From NCBI GenBank assembly GCA_002269645.1, contig NIVC01004593.1, positions 1-41,051 on the forward strand: a stretch of DNA of 41,051 nt, read 5' to 3'. A program made the translations under genes and the position numbers. Shown one piece after another: positions 11,801 to 23,969 of the stretch (positions are counted from its first letter, which is position 1; every line of letters begins with the position of its first letter). The notes below the pieces were generated by a model. That model was not told the DNA's origin. It did no database searches and saw only the letters and a program-made list of their open reading frames with translations. Origin of the DNA: Macrostomum lignano (lineage: Eukaryota).

Positions 11801-12146
11801 GCGAAGGGCTTCAGCGGAAGGAACCTGGTTGAGGGGTTCCTGGGCAGCAATTGCATTTGCGACCCTGAATGCATTAGAAAACAGTGTCTTTCTGACTAAC
11901 TCATTGCTATTCCCCGGTGAACCGCAGGATGGCTTTCTAGCGGTGCAGTGGTAGCCCGCAGCTCCCATGACATCATGGTGTCGTCTTTATCTTCCACAAT
12001 GAATGTAGCTGGGCTATCTAGCCCAATGATCTATGATCCGGTTGGGAATCTATGTTCCGGTGTGTGTAATTTACGGCCTGGTCCGGCCCACTACTGTTGT
12101 ACTATTCGCGAATTTTCCAGCCTTGTAAAACTATTTCCATTGTTGA

Positions 12147-12567
12147 TGTAACGAGCCCGGTATATTTAATATTACTAGCGAAGAGAGAGTATTAGCAACG
12201 TATATGGTTCAGCAGATACGTCTGTCAGTCCTGGACGATTTACTATACTCGGAGCATAAGAAATCTTACTGTCTTAGTATGAATGCGTACACTGGTGATC
12301 GGCTCTGATTATAATTATTGTATCTCACGTACATGCTAGGTTGATCTACGTCCCAGGCTGCCACACGCTTACAGAAAAAGACTAGAACTTACATGTTAAA
12401 ATTATGAGTCGCATTTCTTGGAAACGGAAACCAAATTAACAAAATACGTAATATTAAAACCCTAGAATAATTACGCACGTAATCTAAACAGCTAAGGATT
12501 TGAATAAAGTTAAAATACACCATGTTAATAAACTAGATTTGAATTACAGAATTTCCAAACCGTTACA
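12147..12567. mobile_element. LTR-like segment, 421 bp
   Basis: Begins TGTAACG and ends CGTTACA (TG..CA with a 7-bp terminal IR); AATAAA near the 3' end. No matching TSD. Confidence 0.45.
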
Positions 12568-12639
12568 CTTTGTAATACTATTATTATTATTGCTCTTGTT
12601 CAGACATTTTTGCATCAAGGTTCTATAGTAACTTTACTG

Positions 12640-12830
12640 TCAATTTCCTTCACATGTACCTTTATATCTGGAACCATATCAAACTCCTTCTCACATATGT
12701 AACATTGTTTAGCCTTACAGAAAGAAGCATTCCTGTTCGCTGTCAAATTACGATTAATATGTTTAGGCTCCTTCAGACCACTCTCAATTTGTTGATAAAG
12801 TTCAACCATTCTATCAACATATATTTTCCT
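12640..12830 (-). pseudogene. Polinton/Maverick protein-primed DNA polymerase B fragment
   Basis: YVDRMVELYQQIESGLKEPKHINRNLTANRNASFCKAKQCYICEKEFD matches the lt.e....f..a..C.IC.k.F segment that precedes the DH.H motif in Polinton pPolB. Confidence 0.65.
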
Positions 12831-12834
12831 TGCC

Positions 12835-13165
12835 GGCCGAGGCGGAGGAAGCGGAGGTGGCGGCCGAGGCGGAGGTGGCGGCCGAGGCGGAAGCGGGACG
12901 GGGTCAGTTCAAAGTAAGTCTGTATTAATATATATGTGTACTAGTATTATACATGTACGTATGCATATAAATGGCAAAAATATTTACAAAAAAAATTCTG
13001 TATTGTAGAGGTGTTACGTCTGCAACAAGTTGGGCAATCTGGCCAAGAATTGTTGGCACAGAAAAAAAGACAAAGCAACCACCGACTCCAAACCCAACAG
13101 GAACAGGAGCAAAAGCAACAGGAGTCGCCGCAACAGCAGCACGAGAAGCAAGACTAACAGTCTAA
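12835..13165 (+). pseudogene. Spliced RGG-rich / CCHC zinc-knuckle gene remnant
   Basis: GRGGGSGGGGRGGGGGRGG repeat; donor gtaagt at 12914; acceptor ttgtag ending 13008; phase-0 join GRGQFK|RCYVCNKLGNLAKNCW (knuckle His replaced by Asn). Confidence 0.55.
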
Positions 13166-13631
13166 GTTGCATTTTTTGCATTTTTTTCATTTTTGCATTA
13201 TATTAGTGCCTTGATTTCTTTTTTTCTTGACTAGAACTTAAAATTGTATGTTGTAGGGAACACTAACAAAGTTGCAGCAGTGTAAAAGTGCGACCATCAG
13301 ATTTTACATCAATATAGTTTTGTCTTGGATGAATTGGGAAATCAGTTCTTTAATTTAGTTCATTAATAGTCAGACAATTGTTAAAAATTATCAATATAGA
13401 GGCATCCTTTCATTGGAAAAAAAGCATCAAAGATAAGTGCGACCATCATGTCACGACCATCATTTAAGCGTAGCCAGCATCCCCAAGGTATCAAAAAATT
13501 TGTTTTTTTTAACAAAAGAATTGTGTTATGTAATTACAGATTTGCTATCAATGTTTTTGAGCTAGGCCTAGGTATCATTTCTCATTCTAGAACTGATCAT
13601 TTCAGCCACTGATTCTAGCTGATCAGCCATA

Positions 13632-15560
13632 ATGAAAACAGCAGCAGAGAACTCAATGCATTATCGAAAAAGGCTCGGCGATGTTCTCAAAGAAAAGGAG
13701 AAAATTCGTAGCAGGGAGCGACGAGCTCAACTTCGAGATGCACTGACGATCACGAAACAACGAGAACAGGCTCGACTTCGTGCTGCAAAAAGCCGCGAGT
13801 TGAAGCAACAGTTGGCCAATGGGCTCGCTGTTGTTGCTAATGATGAACAGTCCGAACAGGTCTATGGCTCTAGGCAGGCTGAGTCACGTGCTGTGAACAG
13901 GTGCAGTAACTTTTTCAAATTATTAATTTGCTAATTATCTCATTGACCTTGAAACTTTTAAAAGCTAATTAATTCATCTGACATGTACACAGAGCTCATC
14001 TGGCACTGCCAAGCACTCCGAGTCGGCAAGCTATAGTTGTCCGTAAACTGGCCAGCATGGTAGGCCTGCAGCTGCAGCCAGACATCGGAGCTCAATGTAG
14101 TCGCTATTCTCGACTGGCAGATGGCGTTCGTGACCAAGTTGCTAGCTACTTCCTGCGTGAAGATGTGTCGCGATGGGCCCCAGGCCGAAAGGAGTACGTT
14201 AAGGTCGGTGGTCAGCAGGTCCAAAAACGGTATTTGACAGCGAGCCTCAGGGAACATCACGAACTGTTTTCTTCTGAGACTGCAGGCAGCAGAATATCGT
14301 TTTCGAAGTTCTGCACGCTTCGTCCAAAACACATTCTCCCTGTTGGTTCAACGCCACTGCATGCCTGGTGCTGCACTCAACATGAGAATTTTCATAGGTA
14401 AGAATTAATCTGTTTTTTTTAAGTATATTTCTCTGTGAATTCTGTTATAAAGTACATGATATGTACATAATTTACATGAATTCATCAATTATCAATACCA
14501 AAAGAAGCTTATCATCAATTAACTACCCATTATAGCGTCTGCAATACGCTCGCTCTGGTTATGCCAGACCTGCAATCCTATAGCTCAAAATGGCTGCAGG
14601 AGTTCGTCCTTTGTAACGTGACATCACCAGATTGCCTTCAAGGCACATGTGTACTCTGTAAAGACCTAGCAGCTATGCGAATCCCAGCACCTAATGAGCA
14701 GGCTGCTGGTATGCCAATCACCTACCGATTCTGGCAGAACAATGCAATTTCTAATCGAGTTGAGCAAGTGTCACTGACAAAAACTGTTGCCGAAGCCCAT
14801 CAAGTCCTCTTGGACTTGCTGCCGAAATTTGTTATTCACGAACGAACTCGCGTGCTGCAGGCAGCATTTTACCGCTCGCAGAAAGACAATTTCAGAGAGC
14901 ATGAGCTACTACTGCATTTCGACTTTGCAGAAAATTACTCATGTGCCCACCAAGACGCAACTCAAAGTGCGTACTGGTCACAGACGCAGGTGACTATTTT
15001 TACTATTGGTGTCTATCCTGGACCTACTAGTCCAGACAACCATGAGATGTCTGCGATTATTAGCGACACTACGGATCACACCAAGACCAGCATTGTGGTC
15101 TTTCTTGAGACTCTCTTAAGAGTATGTCATCTTGAATAACTATTTTTATAGCTAACTAATTTAATAATATGGATCATCTTTGTTTACTTACTCATTCAAT
15201 TCCTAATTTTTTATCTAAATTTCTTGATCACAGCGTCTGACAAAGCCAGTCATGACTGTGCATTTCTGGAGCGACGGTCCATCGTCTCAATTTAAGAGTC
15301 GATTCATGCAGTACTTTATGGTCCTGGCCCGGACGAAGTTTGACCTCAGACGTCTAACATGGAACTTTTTTGCCACATCACATGGCAAAGGTGCCATCGA
15401 TGGGGTCGGAGGAACTCTAAAGCGCTTCGCCTAGAAGGAAGTGATGTCACGGAGGGCTATTATCAACTGTGCGGCCGACTTCTTCAAAGTAATATCCACC
15501 TGTGCGATCACCTGTTCCTACATCTCAAAGGCCGAGATTCTCGAAGCATTTAAACAGTTT
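13632..15560 (+). pseudogene. Four-exon DDD-type transposase, Sola2-like; one in-frame stop; C-terminus apparently missing
   Basis: Exons 13632-13900, 13993-14397, 14536-15121 and 15234-~15560 join in frame at GT..AG sites. Motifs: QKRYL, FSKFCTLRPK, DFAENY, ISDTTDH, WSDGPSSQFK, WNFFATSHGKGAIDGVGGTLKR. TAG at 15432. The subfamily label is from recalled motif usage. Confidence 0.8.
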
Positions 15561-16153
15561 ACGACCGTCAGTTTAAACAAGTTAGATTTTTTCGGTTAAT
15601 GCACATGTCTAATGCTATAATGCTTCTCAACGGTCAAAGTGCTACTCATTCTTAATAATAAATAGTGCCATGCATTGCAAATTCTGTCATCTTTTTGATG
15701 AAAAAATGCAACGAACGTTTTTTCCTACACAATGTGAATTTCTATACGTCACGACCATCACGTCTATCTTTCTTTAATAAAAAATTCGCTAGACAGTATG
15801 TAGGAGATTAAGCCTTGTAATCTGACATATAGCTTCCTATATATTGATGGTAAGCCATTTTTAGAGTCACCTGTAACAATTAGGCAATTTTATTCACTAA
15901 ATTAGACACCATAGTCACGACCGTCATTAAAAAGAAATACATATATACATATAGAAATACAATGCATAAACTTTGTTTAAATTAAATTATAATTGTAGCC
16001 CATTAAACTTCTTAGTTCTTGATTTAGGTCATAGCCATAAAATTTACGAACATTAAAAACCTTCGTCCCACCTTTGAAGACGACAGCGTCCTCATTCAGT
16101 AGTTGCTATTGACAACTGTTTCATTCTCTCTACAGTGTCTATTGTATAATACA

Positions 16154-16834
16154 ATGAGAAAAATTGCTAGAGCTCTACCTACTTAAAAGCCGCAGATCCA
16201 ACATTAGCAAATCTGTAACCTCTCTGAGCATGACTGGGGAAAACATTACAACAGGATTGATCGACGATATGGAAGGTGTGTTGACAAAAGATAAAACTGA
16301 AGAAAAGATCTCTTTGGAGAACTTTTGAGAGAGATTCCTGACGAAAGAAAAGAATATTGGTGCGACAGAGTCAAAGGAAGATCGAAAAACTGAAGAAGAC
16401 TTTGAAGAACAAAGTAGTGAAAGGAAAACTGAATTTGATCTGCAACCCAGCGCTCAAGAGCTTTCACTACGATTGAAGAAAAGCCCTAAGTGAGGCAGCG
16501 GAATCACTGTAAGGATAAATGTCGCTATTAATAACAATTCGAGGAACATAGTCTTCTATGCAATTCAAGCTGGCCAGATTTTTCTACAACTCAAACGGAA
16601 GTTGAATCGAACTAAGGGTGCCTTCAAGAAATTTCTGGAAGAAAAGGAGAATGGACAAACAAGATTGGCATCAAGAAGGCAAGTGCTTACTTCTTCATGA
16701 AGCTAGCGAAACTTTCCGAGAACTACCCAACAATTCAACAACTTGCTATGCCGCTCCGAGAACTCCAAGCGATTTTGCCGGTTCTAGAGGGAGTCTGTAA
16801 AGCCGACGTCGGATTTTGGACTAATCTTCAGTGA
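16154..16834 (+). pseudogene. Uncharacterised ~225-codon gene with DUF3102-like HTH core (copy A)
   Basis: AIQAGQIFLQLKRKLNRTKGAFKKFLEEKE..SRRQ/AYFFMKLAKLSENYPTIQQLAMPLRELQAILPVLEGVCKADVGFW. Several stops and frameshifts. Homologous by eye to 25350-26026. Confidence 0.55.
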
Positions 16835-17209
16835 CATATGAAGTTCAAACTTTTCCAACGCGTTGGAACTTTTTGAGTAAAACTATATGTTGTGTTTTTT
16901 CCTTTAACGCCTACTAAATAGAAAGTATATCTCTTTTTAAAATAATTTCTTAAATGTTTACCATTCTATAGATAAAAATTCGCGACGAAAAATGTCTTCT
17001 TTTTCCTCTTTTTAAAAATGGAAAAAAACAATGCCTCTAATTTCAAAACAGAATTTAATAGAAAGGCCGTCCATCGTCACAGCCAATGATTGTGAGCAAA
17101 AAATAACAAAAATTTTAGCAAACTATTCTATTTGTAATTAAATGTAGCATCGTTGGATTGAAATTTATTTTTGTCTTCAATTTTAACATAATTTTTCTAC
17201 TACAAAATG

Positions 17210-17860
17210 GCTTTCAATAAACCACTATTTTATGCTTCTGCTTACGACATTCAGTCAGCAGTAAGTAAATTGCTTTGAGACTTTTCTTTCAACTCATAGT
17301 TGACATCGGAGGAACAACGAAAGTCTATAATGATCCTGGAGAGTATGACACAATCCTAAAGTCCGTAAAAAGTCCGGAAAGATTCCAATAACTTAAAGAC
17401 CACCTCCTAGTATACGGATTCAAAAAACTGATGCTGGATATATATTTGGATCATCTGTAATATAGGTTAATTCCATGAGCAAGGTCGGGACATCATTGTC
17501 AACAAATTCCGAATACCATTTTCTGAAGATCTTGAAGTTGTTCAAAATGCCTAATAAAGTAACTGAAAATGGTGAAGAGCTGAAGCAATTCAGGATGCAA
17601 ACATTGCAGGATTATGTTGAACTCATTGAACATTGTAAAAATCCAGCGGCCAAATCAAGTGGGAATTATCAGCAAGCAGTAAGGATACTGAAAGATAATC
17701 CACCAGGATATCGAGTAAAACCAGGATCTGGACTCAGTGAAAGAGTGTTGACATTACTAGCCGCAAAGCAGAGTAACATAATGTTGATAAAGAGCTAGCA
17801 GAATTACTTGCTTAAAAATGGAAAAAGAAATAGAGAAAGTCAACATCCTCTTAAGTAAAA
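17210..17860 (+). pseudogene. Polinton/adintovirus-type accessory protein remnant
   Basis: ...KPGSGLSERVLTLLAAKQ, then in a shifted frame NVDKELAELL. This matches the GxGL..rL.LL.a.k.AGN...Ei..il C-terminal pattern common in Polinton-like elements. Confidence 0.6.
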
Positions 17861-17889
17861 AGTTTCAACGCACATTTGACTTTTTTCAA

Positions 17890-18110
17890 TTAAAAACCTA
17901 TTTCGAAAAGCTCTAGGCACTCCGATAAATTTGCATGAAGATCAAGAATACGAAGCTGGTATAAAGAAGAATAGCAAAATTCCCCCTATTCAATTCTAGA
18001 AACCTTGTTACATTCTCCTATCTATTTTTTACAGTGCTTTAAATCCCCACTACAAAAAACTTCCTTGATAAGACTATCGAAGTAAGATTCGACTGATGCC
18101 ATTGCTGCCT
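17890..18110 (+). pseudogene. Possible Polinton minor capsid (penton-like) remnant, internally deleted
   Basis: FRKALGTPINLHEDQEYEAGIK resembles the F...L..PI.L....yEvgL N-terminus; PHYKK..LDKTIEVRFD resembles the C-terminus. Confidence 0.4.
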
Positions 18111-19844
18111 ACATACGGGATTCTAAAATGTAGGGCATTATAACTATTTAGTATCAAAATCAACACAGGTACAAAACTCTTATTTCTTAAAACTCTAAAA
18201 ACCCTTTTTGTTGTTCCTGAGTTGTTTGAATTATATGTTCGCTCTGTTTGCTTTAGTATGTCTGATTAACGTGTGTTGTATTGCTTCCAAAACTAAAGCG
18301 AGTTTTTATCAAGCCACCTAAGCGACTTCTTACATGCGCACTGAGTCATGAAAATAGAAAAAAACGACCATGGCCGCTGCTTTAGAGTTGGGGTTTATGA
18401 GGTGCTCAATTCCTGCTGCAGCATGCTGATATTCAAAACCTATTTATAAATGAACAATAAATTCTGTTAGGGTTAGGTAAGTTGCTTTGCTTCATTCTTG
18501 ATGCGAAGAGCTAGAAAGAAGCTTGAGTCATTGTGCTTTAAATAAAAAAGGAACATAGTTTCTTTCCGTGTGCATTGTGCAGTGCGATGCCGAGCTTCTC
18601 AAGTAACTACAATTCTGACTCATGCGGAGGACTTTTTTCTGCATCTGGCATGAGCGTGCAAAGTTGAATTCTATTCACCCGATGTCGCTTTCTCATTGGT
18701 TGCCAAAGCCAAAAATTCTGCCAAAGTTTGCTCTGAAATGGCGTGCCAAAGTTGAAAGGAGTTTGGCTCGAGTTTTGACAACCAATGAGAATTGAGGTTA
18801 TGCGCTGCTTTTGCAATGCAGGAATGAATTAAGAGATGGCTGATAATTCTTCTAAAATTCATTGCAACAACCAAAGCTTTAATAGACATGCCATCCGAAA
18901 AGGAACTTCGCAAAAGATATAGGGATCATAGAAAGGAATTCGAACTGAAACTCAAGTTATACAAGCGATTAGTGATTCGGATGCTGAAGACGATTGCCTT
19001 CCACCGCCCTATGAAGTTCTTTTTTTAGTAATCACTACTTTAATATTAAAAAACATTTTTTGCGTAAGGTATGCGAAGTGTAACCTAAGAACGGATTTAA
19101 TGGAGCGGAAAAATATTATCTCGGCTGTTGTTTTTTAATTCCTATGGTATATTCTTCAAAGCAATTTTGATTTGAGTGAAATAAAATTTAACTTTGTGCA
19201 ATGGAAGCTGTCCTTGACCTTGTTAGAGTTCCTGCGAGAGCCTGTTTGACCATACGCCTTACTCTGTGGATTTCGCACGACGTTAAAGCTGAGTCACAAC
19301 ATACAAAGTGGTTTCATGGGAATTTCTCGTACTATTTGTTCCATTTTTAATACAGAAAATTTAGCAAATGCTTAGTGAAATCGACCAAGGGTCGCGGACT
19401 TAAAGTCCGATGACTAGCAAAGGACATTGACATCCTCACTGAGGCCACATGGTGACCTGCAAAATTGTATGATGGTATATGAAGTTCTCCTGGGTATCTG
19501 CCAGTGGAGATAATCGGAGGCAGTTTTGTTATAGCTGAGTTTTGTTATGACTGAATGTCGAAAGCAGTTCCTAGAAATCGTGGTTTATTGATGACCATTT
19601 TATGACGAAAAAAGTAAGCAATATCAAATTTGATGACAGTTTCAAACTGTTTACACCTGAAATGGCATTGAGATGAACCAACAGTTCCAAAAAACTATTG
19701 GTTTTAGAGCTAAAATTGTGCAAATGGCACTTCTTCAAAATTATTTAAAAAAACAAATCACTAAAATCACTGTTTTAAGACCTGCGTATGCTATGTATGC
19801 TCTGCGCTCAAACCTACCTATCAAACCGACCTATCCATTATTAC

Positions 19845-19915
19845 TCCAGTCTCGCCGATCCCAGTCTAGTCTCGCCGATCCAAGTCTAGTCTCGCCGCCG
19901 CTACTACAGTCTCGC
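19845..19915. repeat. Short ~20-bp tandem repeat
   Basis: agtctcgccgatcc/agtctagtctcgccg repeated about 3-4 times. Confidence 0.75.
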
Positions 19916-21169
19916 GATTGCCAGATTGATCCCTCGTGCGCCATACGTATTGAGAAACGTTTGCCACCGATTCTACTGTCTCATCAATCATTTGCTGTGC
20001 CAGCACCGCAGATACTTTATTATTTTAGTTACTGATCGCTTTTAGTTTTTTGTGTTTTAAGTATTTCTTAACTTTATCGTTAAACGCACGGCTGCCCACG
20101 TATAAAATTGGGCAGCTTTTAAAATTGATGCAACACAATAATTATACCAGTTGATATTCTTTTATGCGTTTTTAAATGAGAAAAAAATGCTGAAAAAAAA
20201 TTTGTCACCCTTTCGCCAGCACTATTTTCTCAGGGTAGCAGATTTGTCTTGCAAGATCTTAGCAGATAATGTAAGATCTGCTTATACATTTGAATGGTAC
20301 AAATCTTGTGGACTCTTGCAATAACTTATTGGAAAGCTCAAGTCAGATCTTGTAAGAATAGGTCGGTCAATGTCATCTAGGGGAGGCAGCTGATTGGAGG
20401 CGGGAGCTGATCAATTTGCTATCTGCGCGTGAGTCGTCTTCGTCCAAGTCTGAGACTATCCGAAAACTATTTAGCATTGCCTGCGAATGTCAGTATCTAC
20501 TCGAATATGCGGCAACCGAGCTTGGTCAGCGTATGAACCGGCTATTGCGAGTAGAGACAGAGAATTTGCTCCGCAAGACAAAGACAGTCTGTTCAATGTT
20601 TACCAGCAAAAATCAAAGGGATCCACTCGATTGGAATGACTTCATTTCGACAGACGCCAGTCTGTCAGTTTTTAATCTCTAGGCTATCTAGGATATCTAG
20701 GCGACAACATAGCGTGATGTATCTCAGGTGTTTATTAGTGTTTTAATTACCAAGATACTAAAAGCGTCTTTTTCTTCTCCCAAAGGGGGAACTGGTTGCT
20801 AGTCTGATATCTAAAGCTGAGTGGACCAGCTGGCCAGGTAAACCCGTGTTTTTTTACATATACTGCTGTTGTGTCTAAAATCAAGTGGCGGATGGCTGAT
20901 CTAGATCGCTCTTAGATGGCTGATCTAAGAGCGATAACAATAGTCAACCACCCCCAGTCTCTGGGACAACCGAAACCCACTTAGATATTGACATCTACTA
21001 AAATTTATTGATAGAAATTGCTCTTATAACTTTTGAAATCAACTATCTCAACACAGTACTTACAACAAACGGATCTAAATGAGATAAATAGCCCCCAAAA
21101 CAAAAATTCAGGTCATTGCAAGTCAAAAGGCCAGGACTGGTCGCCAACGAAAGTTGCAGGCTCTGTGTG

Positions 21170-21610
21170 AAACACGATGGGTCGAACGACACGATGCCGT
21201 GATAGACTTCTTTCATTCATTGTGGTATCGAGCGTCATGCGTGAAGTTATGAGCGTAACGAAGCCGCTCTGCAGCTATCTACAGAAAGTTGGCATTATCT
21301 CTTTATGGCTGACAAGCACATTCGAAGCGTTTGCAGCGCATTGCAGAAACGTCAGGAGGCAAGCAATCCTTCAAGTGTGTGGTCGGCTTCATGTGGAGCA
21401 TCAGCTGCAGCAGGCGTTAAGTTGTGTGCTCTAAAAATGTTGCACAAGGCCGAGGTGGGCAGCCACATTACAGCAAAACACCCGAATATCACTTTGGACT
21501 CAGCACTTACTGTCCACTTCTGCAGCAGATCCTGGCTCAGTTCGACAGCCGCTTCAATTAATGAACAGAATTCCATGCTTTTGCGACTGATGTGTCTCCT
21601 TCCAAGGTAA
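21170..21610 (+). pseudogene. hAT (Tip100/ZMYM-like) transposase C-terminal fragment
   Basis: SFIVVSSVMREVMSVTKPLCSYLQK, then LLQQILAQFDSRF and LLRLMCLLP in shifted frames. Confidence 0.65.
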
Positions 21611-21653
21611 ATCCAGCTACGAGTTTGGCAGCTTTTTGAAAGGCGTTCTGCAG

Positions 21654-21850
21654 ACGTTTTTTCTGCAAGGGCGTTCTGCATATCCTCTTCCAAGCGTTCT
21701 GTCGGTCAAAACGTTTTTTCTGCAAGGGCATTCTGCATATCCTCTTTCAAGCGTTCTGTCGGTCAAAACGTTTTTTCTGCTCTTAGACATTGTCTCCAGG
21801 CGTTCTGCCTATTTACTTAGACGTACTTTCTCCAGGCGTTCTGCCTATCC
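21654..21850. repeat. 57-bp tandem repeat (about 2.2 copies) followed by a 36-bp-spaced duplication
   Basis: acgttttttctgc at 21654, 21711 and 21768; tctccaggcgttctgcctat twice. Confidence 0.85.
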
Positions 21851-23199
21851 TCTATCCCCAAAACCCCTCGTCTATTAGGCGTCATGCCTACTTATCCAAT
21901 TCCATATTAGGTGTTCTACCCTCTAAATAGTATAGAAAATATACAGATTGGGCACAGCCCAAGAATGATTTTAAAAATAAAAAACTTTTTCTCTACACCC
22001 GACTTTCGAGCGATTTTCGAAAAAATATATATATAAAAAATTCGAATCATTATAAAAACTTCTTTAACAGCAATTTCCATAGAGGGGCATTTAAGAAAAC
22101 ACTATTTAAAAAGGTGACTTTTTCTTCACACCCAACATGAGTGATTTTCGAAAAAATTGATTTTATCTTTTTCGTAAAATTTCTCATTTTTTTTCTTTTT
22201 CGAAAATTACTATAGAGGGGCATTTGAGAAAAACACCATACTTTTGAAAAATAGGGTTACTCTTGTTTCTTCCAAAAGAGGGCCCAATCCGTATTTTACT
22301 ATACTACTATCCAACAGTGATTCTATTATTTTAATAGCTGAAATAATTTTATAAAAATGGCACCCCAAATCTTCAAAATGTCCGACAGTCTCGTAATTAT
22401 TTTTAGAGAATTAACAATTGTAAAACAGTATATTTTAAACAATGTGATTGATGGAGTTTTCATAATGCTGTGTCTTTGACAGAACTTCCCCAGCAGAGCT
22501 GGAAACGACTTAGTCGTGGTTCGAATACAGATAAAAATAAAGTCAAGTTATTCTCCCTAGAAATTGAGCAGCTGGACGAGCTCGCTGTCCAACGAGAGCT
22601 GCTGTACCGAATTAAGCCAGCGACGAAAAACTAATTATCTTAGAAAGCTCTATTTGTACCACAGGAAGCTGAGATCTACAAAACTGGTAGTCAGATATCA
22701 CCGCGAATTAAACCAGTGCGGAGTCACTAAAACTATAAAGTCATGACGAATGCAGATAACCGAAATTGAGTGCAAAATCTGCACGTGTCAATAAAGTTTA
22801 CCCATAGACGAGCAGACAACTTTGAGACAAAATTAAATTGAATACAGATTGCCGAAATTGAATGTTGTTGGCTGAAATGGAATGTGAGCATGCTTAAATT
22901 GAATGAAGATTTGGTTGGCTTAATTTAGATTGCCGATTTTGAATGCCAGCTTGCTGAAATTGAATGCGATTTTAGTTAAAGTCGAATGCAAAAAGGTGTA
23001 TGTGATTCCTAAAAAGCAAATAATAGCTAGATAATAAAAAGTAACAAAAACTTGGACCTTCTGAGTGACCAACCTACGCCATGTTCACTACGCCACCACA
23101 ACAATTAAGCTTTGAAAAATATTGAGACCATTTTTATTAAGTATTAATCTTATTGGCTGGTCTAGGGCGTCACTCACTCTTCATCAAATCTTCACTCTT

Positions 23200-23940
23200 C
23201 AAAGCCGGCAACTACCAAGGAAGTTAGAGGAAGCAAATCAGGCCTTAATAGATCCAACCACCTGGACATGTGTCAAAAGAGAACTGAACAAAATGAAAAA
23301 CGGCGCCACCAGGAGAAGACACGTTGACTGATATACATCAAGAATGTTTCATTGAAACAACCAGACTGTGGACGGAATCGGCAACGAAATGGAGAGAAGG
23401 ACAAAAGCTAGGACTCATCATCCCGTTACACAAAAAGGAGACAAAAAAGACCTAAACAATTATCGGGGTGTCTGCCTACTACCGATGACAAGTAGGATCT
23501 TGGCAAGAAATATTGCAACCCGAATCAACAGAGACCAACTGCCTGGACGAGAACCAAGCGGGTTTCAAGCGGGACAGGTCGACGATGGACGCCAGTCAGA
23601 TCATCCTCAGACTACAGGAAGACGCGAAACTGATTAAAGAGATCAGCGGAAATGCAGAGAATGGGAACGAAGACGAAGTCAGCGGAGACAGCGATACCGT
23701 AGTTTAAGTGCTGGATCTAAAAATACACAATCCAACACTGGCGACTAGTCGCACACCACGTGATGCCAGACAAAATGATCGAGAAACGAAAGTACCTACA
23801 TGAGCACACCGCATACAAAGTACACACGGAGGATAAGGATAGTCACATATTTTTCCACAAAGAGGATTACGTAAAGGATGCGCGACTTCACCCGTACTTT
23901 TTAACATCTAAAATCACGCAGAGTAGTTGTCATGACGGGG
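23200..23940 (+). pseudogene. RTE-clade LINE reverse transcriptase fragment
   Basis: IIPLHKKGDKKDLNNYRGVCLL; DENQAGFKRDRSTMD; PDKMIEKRKYLHEHTAYKV; RGLRKGCATSPVLFNI, across several frames. Confidence 0.88.
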
Positions 23941-23969
23941 TTTTCAGACCAAATTTTTCATAAAACAAC

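Noticed and set aside
11800-12140. Possible retroviral protease-like reading (IIGLDSPATF) on the minus strand
   Set aside because: The motif match is too weak and interrupted by stops.
20416-20682. 88-aa ORF
   Set aside because: No family recognised. The minus strand faintly resembles a LINE pre-RT linker (PPLDDIDRPILT), but not enough to call.
22490-22750. Possible Transib-like or micro-intron gene remnant
   Set aside because: Only a vague resemblance and no catalytic motifs.
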